Positions 1-11,300 of a DNA stretch of 64,000 bases are shown piece by piece (position 1 is the first letter of the stretch; every line of letters starts with the position of its first letter). The position numbers and the translations under genes were made by a program. The DNA comes from a virus: the UHGV virus genome UHGV-1451962; one strand, 5' to 3'. The notes beneath the pieces were generated by a model. It was not told the DNA's origin. It did no database searches and worked only from the letters and a program-made list of their open reading frames with translations.

Positions 1-482
1 TTGATAAACCAAATTTAAGTTTAAATATTTTATTACCTAAAAATGAACAAACTTTATTTGCTTTTGATAGATATTCAGAATTTTTATTTGCTGGAAAATG
101 CTGGCAAGTACAAGCCCCAGATTCGATTTCAATGAAGAATATTATTGAAGTTAATGCCGAAGAATATTATATTAATAAGGAAACAGATGATAAAATAGAA
201 GAAATTAAAAATGGTTTAGTTATAGAGCCTGTTGATCCTTCTCCTGATACAACTATAAAGGGAGAAACTTTTATTAAGCCTAATATTGCTGAAATATATG
301 AAGCCCCAGATGTGGGAGGAAAATGGAAAGTTGTTGAAAATTATCCAGTTTGTTTAATTCCTATTGATGATTTGCGGGTTAAAGTGATTTGGCAAAAATC
401 GGTTAGTGGACAATTTACTTTAGAATGGTATAAAGACCATATTGTAGAAACAAAAACAATAGTGGTAGAATCATTATTCTAA
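1..482 (+). CDS. hypothetical virion-module protein; 5' end lies outside the window
   Basis: Frame 3 is open from base 3 to the stop at 480-482. I translated 3..131 as DKPNLSLNILLPKNEQTLFAFDRYSEFLFAGKCWQVQAPDSIS with no stop, so track entry 132..482 is only the distal part of a longer gene. Confidence 0.5.
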   Translation, partial: DKPNLSLNILLPKNEQTLFAFDRYSEFLFAGKCWQVQAPDSISMKNIIEVNAEEYYINKETDDKIEEIKNGLVIEPVDPSPDTTIKGETFIKPNIAEIYEAPDVGGKWKVVENYPVCLIPIDDLRVKVIWQKSVSGQFTLEWYKDHIVETKTIVVESLF

Positions 483-501
483 AGTTAAAGGAGAAAAAGG
501 A

Positions 502-1038
502 ATGAAAAAAAATTTATATGAATTTCCAAAGTCTAGTTTTTTGGGTATGGCCAAAGATACAGCTTTGATTATAAATAAAATTTTAACCAATAAAAATATT
601 TTAAAATTAATTTATTATACTTCTAAAGATTGGAAAGATAAACCTGATTTAAATAGTCAACAAATAAAAGAATTATTTGAAAATAAACAAATATCTAATA
701 TACCTAAGATTACTGTTTTTCCAGATAAAGCTACTTATCTGAGAATTAGTTATGATGATTTTGTTCCGAATGATACTAATCCTTATTATAGAAATCATAT
801 GATAGATATTAAAATTATTTGCCATTATGATTCATGGGATTTAGGAGATTTTGAGTTAAGACCTTATCGCATAGCTGGGGAGTTAGATTCTATTTTAGAT
901 GGACAACATTTAACTGGAATTGGAGAATTACAGTTTCTTAGTGCAGAACAAATTCTCATAGATAATGAATTTGCAGGAATTAATTTAAGATATTGGGCCG
1001 TTAGAGGTAATGAAGATAAGGTTAATCCTTTGAATTAA
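502..1038 (+). CDS. hypothetical virion-module protein
   Basis: 178-aa ORF. The ATG is preceded by the AAAGGAGAAAAAGG SD. It is tightly packed with its + strand neighbours. No motif recognised. Confidence 0.55.
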   Translation: MKKNLYEFPKSSFLGMAKDTALIINKILTNKNILKLIYYTSKDWKDKPDLNSQQIKELFENKQISNIPKITVFPDKATYLRISYDDFVPNDTNPYYRNHMIDIKIICHYDSWDLGDFELRPYRIAGELDSILDGQHLTGIGELQFLSAEQILIDNEFAGINLRYWAVRGNEDKVNPLN

Positions 1039-1039
1039 T

Positions 1040-1774
1040 ATGGATATTAAATTAGCATTAATGGCAGGTGTAGATATTCCTATACCTGAGTTACAAGCAA
1101 TTATTCATCAACCGCAATTAAAAGAAATTGCGAGGATGGGTGAACAAAATTTTTTTATGGCAATTCATTATTTATGTTTAAATAAAGAAGCTTTGTTAGA
1201 GGACGAAAGTCTTTTACAGAGTTTAACAAATTTTCAAGTATTGATGAAAGTTATTGAACAATCAGAAGATGCTGAGAAGAAAATAGCTTTAATAACTTTA
1301 CTTTCTCTTTTGTTTCCAGGATTTAAACCAATAATTACTCCAAAGAGCATTATTCTTAATAATTTGCAAACAAAACAAAGCATTTTGATAGATGATAATA
1401 ATTATGTTTTTTTACAAGAAATATTAAAACAAATGTTTTGTATAAGTAGTATTTTTCAGGGAGATAATGTTGTTTATAATCCTGCGAATGAAGCTGCAAA
1501 AAAAATTGCCGATAAATTAATGAAAGGCAGAAAAAGAGTTGCAGAATTAAAGGGAAAAAATCAAGAAAGCGTGTTAAGCAGATATGTTTCTATTTTAACG
1601 ATAGGGATTTCCTCTATGTCTTTAGAAAATTGTCTGGCTTTAACAATATATCAACTATTTGATTTAGTTGAAAGATATAATCTGTTTATTGAATGGGATT
1701 TAAATTTGCGGGTTAAACTTGCAGGTGGAGACCCCAAGCAAGATGCGGAAAATTGGATGAAAAACATTCATTAA
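1040..1774 (+). CDS. hypothetical virion-module protein
   Basis: 244-aa ORF whose ATG abuts the previous stop (TAATATG), suggesting translational coupling. No motif recognised. Confidence 0.55.
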   Translation: MDIKLALMAGVDIPIPELQAIIHQPQLKEIARMGEQNFFMAIHYLCLNKEALLEDESLLQSLTNFQVLMKVIEQSEDAEKKIALITLLSLLFPGFKPIITPKSIILNNLQTKQSILIDDNNYVFLQEILKQMFCISSIFQGDNVVYNPANEAAKKIADKLMKGRKRVAELKGKNQESVLSRYVSILTIGISSMSLENCLALTIYQLFDLVERYNLFIEWDLNLRVKLAGGDPKQDAENWMKNIH

Positions 1775-1795
1775 TTTATAAGGAGGAAATTAAAC

Positions 1796-2737
1796 ATGAG
1801 ATTTGGTGTACGCGAAATCTGTGATGTTGTGTTGCGTGCTAAAGCAAGACAAACTCTAGGTACTCGTACTTTTTATAAGAATGAGCCTGTTCTTTATTTT
1901 GATACTTTAAAGACTTCTAGCCTAGAAGGTCAAGCTACCACAGTTTATGCTCAAGGCGGACGTGGTAACTCTAGATTAATTGCCTGGGAAGGCGAGAAGA
2001 CTCTTACATTTACAATGGAAGATGCACTGCTTTCTCCTGAAAGTTTTGCAATTCTTTCCGGTGCTGGTTTGATGGATGCTTCTGCGGAAGCCCCTATTTA
2101 TGTTCATACTACTTCTCAAGTGCAGGTTGATGCTCAAGGCAAGTTTACTGTGGATGGTAAAATTTGTTGGAATGGCGGTCGTGCACAAGAAGGAAATAAA
2201 GAAGGAACAAATTATGACTACCATAAAGAAGCAGATGTTTTCTGCATGGCTCTTGATGATGCTGGAGAGGTTAAAGTCGAGCCTTGTGTTCCTGCTTCCA
2301 TGACTTATGATGATACTAAGAAGAAAACTACTATTGTTTGTTATGCTGATGCTGAAGGTGTTGAGAAATTAGCTGAAGGTTCTGTTGTTCTTGTTGATTA
2401 TTATGTTAAGAAGATCGGCAATGCTAAGATGATTGAGATTACTCCTGATGAATTTGCTGGTAGTTATTACCTAGAAGGTTCTACTTTATTCCGTAGAGAG
2501 TCCGATGGTGTTGACATGCCTGCTGAGTTCATCATTCCTAATGGTAAGATTCAGTCTAACTTTACTTTCTCTATGGCAAGTTCTGGCGATCCTTCTACCT
2601 TTACCTTTACTATGGATGCTTTCCCTGGATATACTAAGTTTGATCCTACTAAAAAGGTTCTTGCTGCTATTCAGGTAATTGAAGATAGCACTGGTGAAGA
2701 TACCGCTTACCGCGAGAATTGTAAGGCGACTTTTTAA
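1796..2737 (+). CDS. putative major tail (tube) protein
   Basis: 313-aa ORF with a strong SD (AAGGAGGAAATTAAAC-ATG) and locally GC-enriched, biased codon usage typical of abundant virion proteins. A strong terminator closes the unit. It lies upstream of the chaperone-like and tape-measure genes. The N-terminal pattern (..LEGQATTVYAQGGRGNSRLIAWEGEKTLTFTMED..) recalls tail-tube family proteins; this is from memory, not searched. Confidence 0.55.
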   Translation: MRFGVREICDVVLRAKARQTLGTRTFYKNEPVLYFDTLKTSSLEGQATTVYAQGGRGNSRLIAWEGEKTLTFTMEDALLSPESFAILSGAGLMDASAEAPIYVHTTSQVQVDAQGKFTVDGKICWNGGRAQEGNKEGTNYDYHKEADVFCMALDDAGEVKVEPCVPASMTYDDTKKKTTIVCYADAEGVEKLAEGSVVLVDYYVKKIGNAKMIEITPDEFAGSYYLEGSTLFRRESDGVDMPAEFIIPNGKIQSNFTFSMASSGDPSTFTFTMDAFPGYTKFDPTKKVLAAIQVIEDSTGEDTAYRENCKATF

Positions 2738-3126
2738 TTACCCCAAATAGTAACGTTAAAATTAGTCAGCTAGGGAATACCTATTCTTTAGTTGGCACTG
2801 TAGATAAAACTGATATTCCCGTAGAATATCAAGGGCTATTTGGGGATATAGCAACAGAAGATACTTTAAATAAGTATGTGCTTGTTAGATTAAATAATAT
2901 TATTCCTAAAAATGGTGCTACTATTATTCAAAAGAATGAAGCTTTAAAATATTATTATAATAAAGGTGATGTTAATATCACTGAAGTTGGTGGCATTTAT
3001 ACCAAGACTAAGGAATATGATGGAACTGATTCTGATTATGCTTTGTTAATTAAGATTGGTTCTACTGCGGAAGTTACTATTAATGATACTAAATATATTA
3101 TTGATGGTTCTAAATTAACTAATTAA
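2725..3126 (+). CDS. -1-frame ORF continuing from the major tail gene; probable frameshift-generated C-terminal extension (track lists only 2878..3126 from a GTG)
   Basis: Frame 1 is open from 2725 (after the frame-1 stop at 2722-2724) to the stop at 3124-3126. It therefore overlaps the last codons of the frame-2 tail gene (..ACT TTT TAA at 2729-2737). A T5 run lies at 2731-2735. No SD precedes the GTG at 2878, unlike nearly every other gene here. Confidence 0.4.
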   Translation, partial: GDFLITPNSNVKISQLGNTYSLVGTVDKTDIPVEYQGLFGDIATEDTLNKYVLVRLNNIIPKNGATIIQKNEALKYYYNKGDVNITEVGGIYTKTKEYDGTDSDYALLIKIGSTAEVTINDTKYIIDGSKLTN

Positions 3127-3131
3127 TAAAA

Positions 3132-3166
3132 ATAGGGAAGAGTTTTACTCTTCCCTATTTTTTGTT
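3132..3166 (+). terminator. intrinsic terminator after the major-tail unit
   Basis: ATAGGGAAGAG (3132-3142) pairs with CTCTTCCCTAT (3148-3158) around a 5-nt loop, followed by TTTTTTGTTTT. Confidence 0.8.
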
Positions 3167-3179
3167 TTAAGGAGAAAAT

Positions 3180-4586
3180 ATGAGTAGTGATTTTGTTTTT
3201 GAATATGATGGAACTAGTTATCCTAATATTCATAGTAAACCTGAACATTATATAGGAGGAACTTTAATTCCTTATGCTCAAACAACAAATAAAATGGCAG
3301 CTATCAAAACAAGATACTTAAATATGATGAAAGCGCAACTCGCCAGCCAACAAACAGATGCTAAAAAGAAAGCTTTTATAGAAGGTATGGAATTAGCAAA
3401 ATTTGAAAAAATGGAAAAACAAATAGAAAATAAAATTGTTGAAGAATATAATAAAGCTGCGAGCAAATTAGGAGGAAATATTGGTGGATATAATATGGGA
3501 GTTGATGGATATGTTGCAGCTTTAAAATCAGGAGATAAAGATGGAGCAATAAAATCATTAGCTCAAATAATAGCTGTTTTTCACCAAAATAAAGATGCTG
3601 TTGCTTTATATGAAATGTTAAAAGATAATCCTCAACAAATTTATTCTGATATTTCTATAAACGAATTAATTAATGTTCAAGCTTTTATGAAAGTTATTGA
3701 AGCTGCTATGAATGGAGAAAATTATCGGAATACTCTAAATTCAATTTTAACTAAACCTTCAGAAGCTTTAGCAGCTTTAATAGGAACATATGCTGAAGCA
3801 AAAAGTGATACAGAAGTAAAAGATTTATTACTTGGTACTCAATCACAAAATATTAGAGTAAGTTTTAGTGGAGAATTTAAAGAAATTCAATCTAAATCCG
3901 CGGATATTAGTTTAGGAAATTCATATTTTTCTTATAATATGGGTGGTTCACAAGGCAGTCAAGGTATTGAGCTTTATGACACTTTTGATGTAGAAACTTT
4001 TGCTACTGTAAAGACTTATAGAACCGCGGGAGGTTTGTCTTTAACAAGTTATTCTGGAAAAAATTCTTTCTTAATTCCAGCTTTACATCAATTGTATGGT
4101 GGTGGAAACTCAATTGATTATCAAATATATAATACTTTAGCTTTTAGTGCAGGGCAAGAATCAGGAGCATTGGATACTAACTTTAGAATTATTCGGCAGG
4201 ATTTAATTGCTAAATTTGCGGAAAACTTTTTAATTGGTTTTAATACGGCTGAAGCACAAAGAGTATTAGTATATAATTTTAGAGCATATCCAGTATTAAC
4301 TATATTAGCTGATATAGTTAATGATGCTAAAAATGCGGTTAGAGAAGGAAATTTATATGGTTCTTTAAGTAGTGGTGATTTATTTAGTATTTCTTTGACT
4401 AAAAGTGCTGTTGATAATAGTTGGGTTGGTCAAAAAGATATAACAAATAAAGCAAATAAAGCTGTTCGTGTAAAAAGAGCTTATAATCAAATTAATAGTA
4501 TTGCAATGCAAGGTCATATTAGTGGTAGATATGTTAGTTCTAATTTAAGAAAATATTTAACAGCGGCGAATGGAATACCTATTTAA
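3180..4586 (+). CDS. hypothetical structural protein (468 aa)
   Basis: Long ORF with SD AAGGAGAAAATA-ATG, lying between the tail-tube-like gene and the chaperone-like gene. No motif recognised. Confidence 0.55.
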   Translation: MSSDFVFEYDGTSYPNIHSKPEHYIGGTLIPYAQTTNKMAAIKTRYLNMMKAQLASQQTDAKKKAFIEGMELAKFEKMEKQIENKIVEEYNKAASKLGGNIGGYNMGVDGYVAALKSGDKDGAIKSLAQIIAVFHQNKDAVALYEMLKDNPQQIYSDISINELINVQAFMKVIEAAMNGENYRNTLNSILTKPSEALAALIGTYAEAKSDTEVKDLLLGTQSQNIRVSFSGEFKEIQSKSADISLGNSYFSYNMGGSQGSQGIELYDTFDVETFATVKTYRTAGGLSLTSYSGKNSFLIPALHQLYGGGNSIDYQIYNTLAFSAGQESGALDTNFRIIRQDLIAKFAENFLIGFNTAEAQRVLVYNFRAYPVLTILADIVNDAKNAVREGNLYGSLSSGDLFSISLTKSAVDNSWVGQKDITNKANKAVRVKRAYNQINSIAMQGHISGRYVSSNLRKYLTAANGIPI

Positions 4587-4589
4587 AAT

Positions 4590-4618
4590 TTGCTTTTTTG
4601 TTAAATAAGTAGTATAAT
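4590..4618 (+). promoter_or_regulatory. sigma-A/sigma-70-type promoter
   Basis: TTGCTT (4590-4595), a 17-nt spacer, then TATAAT (4613-4618), about 30 nt upstream of the 4651 start. Confidence 0.55.
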
Positions 4619-4650
4619 AAAAATAGAAATGATAAAAAGGAGATTTAAAA

Positions 4651-5199
4651 ATGTCTAAAGTTACTTTTAGTAAAATAAATATGAAAATGAAGATGAAAGA
4701 TGAATATGCGACTATTTATCTTAATCCAGAACTTGATGAGGAATTTAAAGTAGAAGTGCGTCAATATTTACCAATTGAGCAAAAGGCAGCTTTAATTACT
4801 TTTATTGCAGAAAACGCGATTGATGAAAAGACTGGTTGCTTTAGTGAAATTAGAATTGAGACTTATTTTGCTCTTGCTATTGCTAAGTATTATGCAGGAA
4901 TTGCTTTTACTGACAAGCAAATTGAAAATGCTGCTAAAATTTATGATGTATTAGAGAGTAATGGAGTTTTTACTAGAATTATGAGTGCTATTCCTGAATC
5001 TGAGTTTAACTTTTTAACTAATGCCGTTAGTAAAACTATTGCCGATATTGCAAGATTTAATAATTCTTTTGCCGGAATGTTGAATATGATCTCTGATAAT
5101 GCGGGCGGCATGGATGAACAGTTTACTGAAATTTTAGAGAAGATTAAGAATGGTGAAGGTTTAGAGACTCTTTCTGAAATTAAGAATATTGTTGGCTAA
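4651..5199 (+). CDS. putative tail assembly chaperone (by position)
   Basis: 182-aa acidic ORF with SD AAAAGGAGATTTAAAA-ATG, immediately upstream of the tape-measure gene. The assignment is positional only. Confidence 0.35.
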   Translation: MSKVTFSKINMKMKMKDEYATIYLNPELDEEFKVEVRQYLPIEQKAALITFIAENAIDEKTGCFSEIRIETYFALAIAKYYAGIAFTDKQIENAAKIYDVLESNGVFTRIMSAIPESEFNFLTNAVSKTIADIARFNNSFAGMLNMISDNAGGMDEQFTEILEKIKNGEGLETLSEIKNIVG

Positions 5200-5250
5200 A
5201 TTAAGATAATATATTTCTAATAAATATTAAAATTTTATAGAGAATTTTTT

Positions 5251-5286
5251 AAAGCTCTGAGAAATTTCTCAGAGCTTTAATTTTTT
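5251..5286 (+). terminator. intrinsic terminator
   Basis: AAAGCTCTGAGA (5251-5262) pairs with TCTCAGAGCTTT (5267-5278) around a 4-nt loop, then AATTTTTT. Confidence 0.75.
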
Positions 5287-5316
5287 ATATGCACAAAGAG
5301 TGAAAGGAGATTAATT

Positions 5317-8300
5317 ATGGCTAAAAGACTTAATTATGAAGTAGGCTTTACTGGCGATACTTCACAATTAAAAGCGTCTTTAAATGATGCTGTAAAAGCT
5401 TTACAAAAATTAGGTACTTCTTCAACTACTCAAATGACTCAGGGTATGCGGGAAGCATCTAAATCTGCATTAGAATTAGCTAATAATTTAAAAACTGCTA
5501 CTAATCAAGAAACAGGAAAATTAGATTTAGTAACTTTTAATAGAAATTTAGCTAATAGTAAGATGACCATTAGTGATTATGCTAAGCAATTATCTCAATT
5601 AGGCCCTACTGGTCAGCAAGCTTTTATGAAAGTTGCGCAAGCAGTTACTTCTGCGGAATTACCAATGAGACGTACTAATAAAGTATTGGATGAATTGTGG
5701 ACAACAATGAAAAATACTGCTCGTTGGCAATTAACCTCAAGTGCGTTGCATGGATTTATGGGAGCTTTAAATACTTGTGTTGGATATTCTAAAGCTTTAG
5801 ATAAATCTTTAAATTCTATCAGAATTGTTACTGAACAATCAGCTGAACAAATGGCTGATTTTGCAGTTCAAGCTAATAGTGCTGCAAAAAATTTAAGTAC
5901 AACAACAACAGATTATACGGATGCAGCATTGATATATTATCAACAAGGTTTAAATGACAAAGAAGTTCTTGATAGAACTGATATTACTATTAAAATGGCC
6001 AATGCCGCAAATGAAAGTGCTCAAGTAGTTTCTGACCAATTAACTGCGGTTTGGAATAACTTTTATGATGGTTCACAATCATTAGAGCATTATGCTGATG
6101 CGATGGTGGCGTTAGGTGCTGCTACTGCTTCTAGTTCAGATGAAATTGCTGGCGGCTTAGAGAAGTTTGCATCAATCGCAGACATGATTGGGTTAAGCTT
6201 TGATTATGCTGCTTCTGCTTTAGCAACAATTACTGCTACAACTCGTCAAAGCGAAGATGTTGTTGGTACTGCTTTGAAAACTATTTTTGCTCGTATTCAA
6301 GGTTTGAATTTAGGAGAGACCCTTGAAGATGGCACTGATTTAAATAAATATTCAGAAGCTTTGAGCAAAGTTGGTGTTTCAATTAAAGATTCTAATGGCG
6401 ATTTGCGTAATATGGATGCTATCTTAGATGATATAGGCGCAAAATGGGGTACTTTAACAAAAGACCAACAAGTAGCATTAGCGCAAACAGTAGCCGGCGT
6501 TCGTCAATACAACCAGTTAGTTTCTTTAATGGATAATTGGGATTTCTTTGAAGATAATTTAAAGATTGCCCAAAATTCTGAAGGTGAATTAAATAAGCAG
6601 GCTGATATTTATGCAGAATCTTGGGAGGCCGCGAGAAAAAGAGTTAAAGCTGCGGCAGAAGATATTTATGATAGCATTTTGAATCCTGAGAGCATTGTTG
6701 CTATTGATGATGTTTTAACTCCATTTTTAAGTGGAATAGCGCAAGTTGTTAATGCTTTAGGTGGATTAAAAGGTATTGCTTTAGTTGTTGGTTCTGTCCT
6801 TACTTCTGTTTATAGTGGTAAATTGGTAAATGGTTTACAAAATTTTGCTACTAATATTCAGATTATGACTGGACTTCAAGGAAAATTAACAAGAAGCTTA
6901 CAAGAACAAACCGTAACTGAAGCAGAAAATCTTGATATTATAATTGGTGGTAATCGTGCTTTAGAAACTGAAATTTCTTTGATGCGAGAAAAAGTTCAGT
7001 TACAAGGTATGATTAATAAATATACCAAGAATTATGACCAAAGTCAAATGTTACAAGTCAATCAGCGAGTAGGCGTTATTGATGCTTTGCGTCAACAAAT
7101 TATGGCTTCTGCTCAAAAACAAACTGCTTTGTTGGGTGAAGCTGAAGAATTTAAAACAACTATATTGTTAGATATAGAGCCAAAACCTGGTTGGGAAGAA
7201 AGATTTAGACAGAAAATTTTACAATTTAATACTAATATGGTTAATGGGCCATTAAAAAATCTTAATTCTGTCTTTTTATTTGATGAAAAAGATGATATAA
7301 CAAGAACTACTGAAAAAGTTACAGCAAGTATGCAAAAGTTAGCTTCTCAAGCTAGTTCTATAGAAGCAGTAAGACGAGCTTATAGCAATTTAAATATAGA
7401 TCAAAAAGAAAGTGCCGTTGTTTTACAAGAATTAATTCAAAAGACTGGTTTATGGAAAGCAGAAATGCAAAATTGGTCTACTCCTAAATTACAAGAATTT
7501 TTGAATAACTTAGGTACTCAATCAATAGAAGCTTCTAAAGGGATGCAACTTTTAAAACAAGCTTTAATGGAATTAAGTTATTCTCCTGAAGCTATTGATC
7601 AATTTATTAATTCGATAAGAAGATTAGCCGCTGAAGAACATAGTGCCGCAGAATATACAAGATTAATTAATGAAGAAATAAAAAAATTTACGAACAGTTT
7701 GCAAACTGGTAGTATTCAAAGTGAATCGGGTTGGGCAAAAACTGTTGTAAGCATGTCTAATCATCTTATGAATTTCGGAATGACTCTTTCCGCAGTTAGT
7801 AATATGGGTAAAGTTTTCAAAGAATCTATGGAAGGAAATATTACTGCGGGAGAAGCTTTCATTCAAATTATGACTAATTTGGGTATGATTTTGATGAGTG
7901 GCAGTAGCCTTTTCATGGCTTTGTCAAAATCAATGGGTGCTCTTGTTTCAGTTTATACTGGTGTAAATACTTCAGTAGCAGCTCTTACTTTTGTTACAAA
8001 ATTAAATACTGCGGCTGAAGAAGGAAATATAGCTGCAAAAATAGCTAATGTTGCAATTACAAAATTGCTTACTGTTTCAGAAGGTAGTTTAGCTGCTGCT
8101 ATGGGTATAACTATTGGCGTTTTAGCTCTTTTTGCGGCTGGAATTGTGTTTGCTGTAAAAATAATTGATGGTTTAATTGTAACTCAAAAAGAAGCCAGTC
8201 AAGCTATTGCGGATGCTACTCAAAATTATACTGATCAAAAGAGCAAATTAGATGAGTTAAATAGTTCTTTAGAGCAAACTAGACAAAAGATAGAAGAATT

Positions 8301-11300
8301 AGAATCTAAAGATTCTTTATCTCTTGTTGAACAAGATGAGCTAGCTAATTTAAAACAGCAAGAAGCTTCTTTAGAGAGACAAGCTGATCTAAGAGAGCGT
8401 ATAGTTAAAGCTAAACAAGCAGAAATGGCTTATGCTATTGCAGATAATTTTGACAAAAAATATGACAAGACTTATAAGGTAGAGCCAAAAGGTAGAACTG
8501 GTGCTGACACTTCTAATTTTAAAACACAAGAAGATTTAGATAAATGGTATAATAGTTTAAATTCTGACCAACAGGCAAAAGCATTAGACCAATATCAGAA
8601 TTGGACGCAACAGATAGCAGAAGCTACTGCTCAAATGACTTCTGAAGTAGGAGAAGATTTAGCTGAATTAGAACAAGACTATGCTAATTATTTAGGTGCT
8701 GTTGATTCTGGAGCAATTGTGGCCGATCCGTCTAAGATTGCAGATATGCAGGATAAATTAGCAGAATTAAGAAAATTAATATATCCTACTGATAATCAGT
8801 ATTATGAAATGGTTATCCGTCCGGTATTAGATGATGAATCTTTTGATGAAGTAAGAGATAAGATTTTTAGAGCTTTATCTTCTGGAGATATTAAAGGTGC
8901 TGGATTAGCCTTAACAGATGAAATGCGTTCTGCCATTGAAGCTGCTGGAATTTCTGTTGATGATTTATTTAATCAAATTGCAGAAAGAATGTCTCAGGCC
9001 AGAGAGACCATTAAATCTGAAATGGGCGGTACCGAAGAGCAATTAAATAAATTAACTGCCGAAGATTGGGATATTATTCTTACCTTGGATTTAGAAAACA
9101 TTGGTTCTTTTAGAGAATTAATGAAAGCTATTGAAAATGCTAAAAATACAGACCTTAAAGTTAAAGTAGATACTTCTGAGTTAGATGCAGCAAAAGATAA
9201 AATAGAAAGTTTAAATACTAATGAAGAGCCATTGGAAAAAGCCTTGATGTCTTATAAAGAACAAGGTTATCTTACTATGGATCAGACTTATGAATTAATT
9301 AAAGCTAACGAAGAATATGCTCAATATATTAAAAAAGTTGGAGATGAGTATGTTTTAACTACTCAATCTTTAACTGACTTTACTGAAATGGAAAAAGCTG
9401 AGAAATTGGCTTTAGACCAAGCTATTGAAGCTATGCAAAACAAAGGTAAAGTTGATAGAGATTATGCTCAGCAGTATGTTGATCTTTATAGTAGTTTAAT
9501 TGAAAGTAGTAAAAATTGGTCTGACCAAGAACGTGCAGATAGCGGAGAAAATTTTGATAAAAATACTGAAGCACTTAGAAGACAAGCTCAAGCGTTCCAA
9601 GAAGGAAAGATTAGCGCAAGTGAATATTTTGATGCAATAAATCAAAGAGTTAGTGAAACTGGGGATAATTTTGCAAAATTAAGTGATGGTATAGATGGTC
9701 TTAAAGAATCTGATTATGCAAAAACTATGATTTCCTCTACTACTGCTTTGGCTGATGGTTTTAAAGATTTAATCAGTGAAGTTGAAGCTGGCGGTACTAA
9801 TATGCAAGAGTATTATGCTGGTGCAGTTAAAGGTACTAAAGCTTTAATGAATATCACTGCTAAATCTAATAAATATATCACCAAAACAGCAGATGGTTAT
9901 AAAGTTGTTACTGATAATATTGATGATGCAACTAAAGCTACACAAGACTACAAAGATGCTCAGAAAAAAGTTCAAAATTTAAATACTTGGGAAAAACAAG
10001 TTGATCAAGCTGAAGGATTTAAAAAAGCAATAGATGATATTACTTCTTATTATGATTATTTAAAAAATTATTTAAATGATAATAATTGGCTTGAGTTACC
10101 TGATAATTTTGATACAACAACAACCAAATTTAAAAATATGTGCGATACTATGGCTGCTGATATTTGGTCTTTAAAAGATACAAATGCTGAAGCTTTTAGT
10201 GCGATTATGGCTCACATGGAAACTGAAAATGCTGGTTTTGATTCTAGTTTAATTACTTCTCAAAGTCAATTAGCTAGTGCTATGCAAGGAAATGCAACAA
10301 TAGCTTCTTCTGCTATTAATGGTCTAGCTGCTCAAAGTCAGATTAGTATTGGTACTTTATGTCAAATTGGTGGACAGTTATTACAATCTTTGGCAAGTGC
10401 TATTAGCAGTTTTAGTTATACTATTCAGGCGACTGGTGTTGTTGATAATCCTGGTGGTATTGGTTTAGGCGGAGGATTAGTCGATAAAATTGGTGCTTTA
10501 CTTACAACAGGAGGGAAAATTCCTTTTGAATGGGATATGCCTTCTGCCCATATTGATTTAACAGGTTCTGGTTCTGGTGGTTCACCTATGTTTAGCACTA
10601 CTGGTTCTGCAAGAGCGCAAAAAGTTAATGGCTCTGGTAAATCAAATTATATTCGTTCAAAAGACACTGGTGCTGCTAGCAAAGGTGAGTCATCAGGACT
10701 TTTAGAAAATATTTCTAAATTTGGTACTGCATTAGAAGAATATGGTAAACAATCTGTATTGTCTCAAGGTTTAAAAGCATTTGCCCCTTCAGGAGGAGGA
10801 ACTGGTGGTAGAACTCTTAACCCTAGTGGTATTTCTACTGATAACAATCGTCCTTCTGGTGGAGGAGGAGGAAAAGGCAAAGGTGGTAAAGGAAAAGGCG
10901 GAGGTGGTAAAGGAAAGGGAGGAAAAGGAAAAGGCGGAGGTGGTGGCTCCGGCTCAGATGATTCTCCTGAAATCGAAGATGAAGAAATTTTTGATGATAG
11001 ATACCACGATATTAATAATAGACTAGAAGAACAAAGTCAGCTACTAGATAAGATTGATACTGCTAAAGATAGAGCTTTTGGTGTTAAGAAATTAGAAAAA
11101 TATAAAGAAAAAATTGAAGCAATTAATAAAGAACAAGAATTATATAAAGAAAAATTAAAAAAGACTGAGGAATATTTAAAAGAAGATTTAACTGATTTAC
11201 AAAAGAACTTTTCTGGTGTTAAATTAAATATAGACTCTGATAGTAAAGCTTTATTAAATTATGAAGATTTAGAAAAATGGGCAATAGAAGAATATAATAA

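Noticed and set aside
1976-2303. ORFs 1976..2224 (-) and 2076..2303 (+) nested in the major tail gene
   Set aside because: They lie entirely inside a strongly supported gene. They have no SD, and their low-complexity hydrophobic translations are typical of off-frame reading of AT-rich DNA.
3278-3558. Antisense ORFs 3278..3466 and 3376..3558
   Set aside because: They are nested antisense within the 468-aa gene. The translations are I/L/F-rich junk and there are no start signals.
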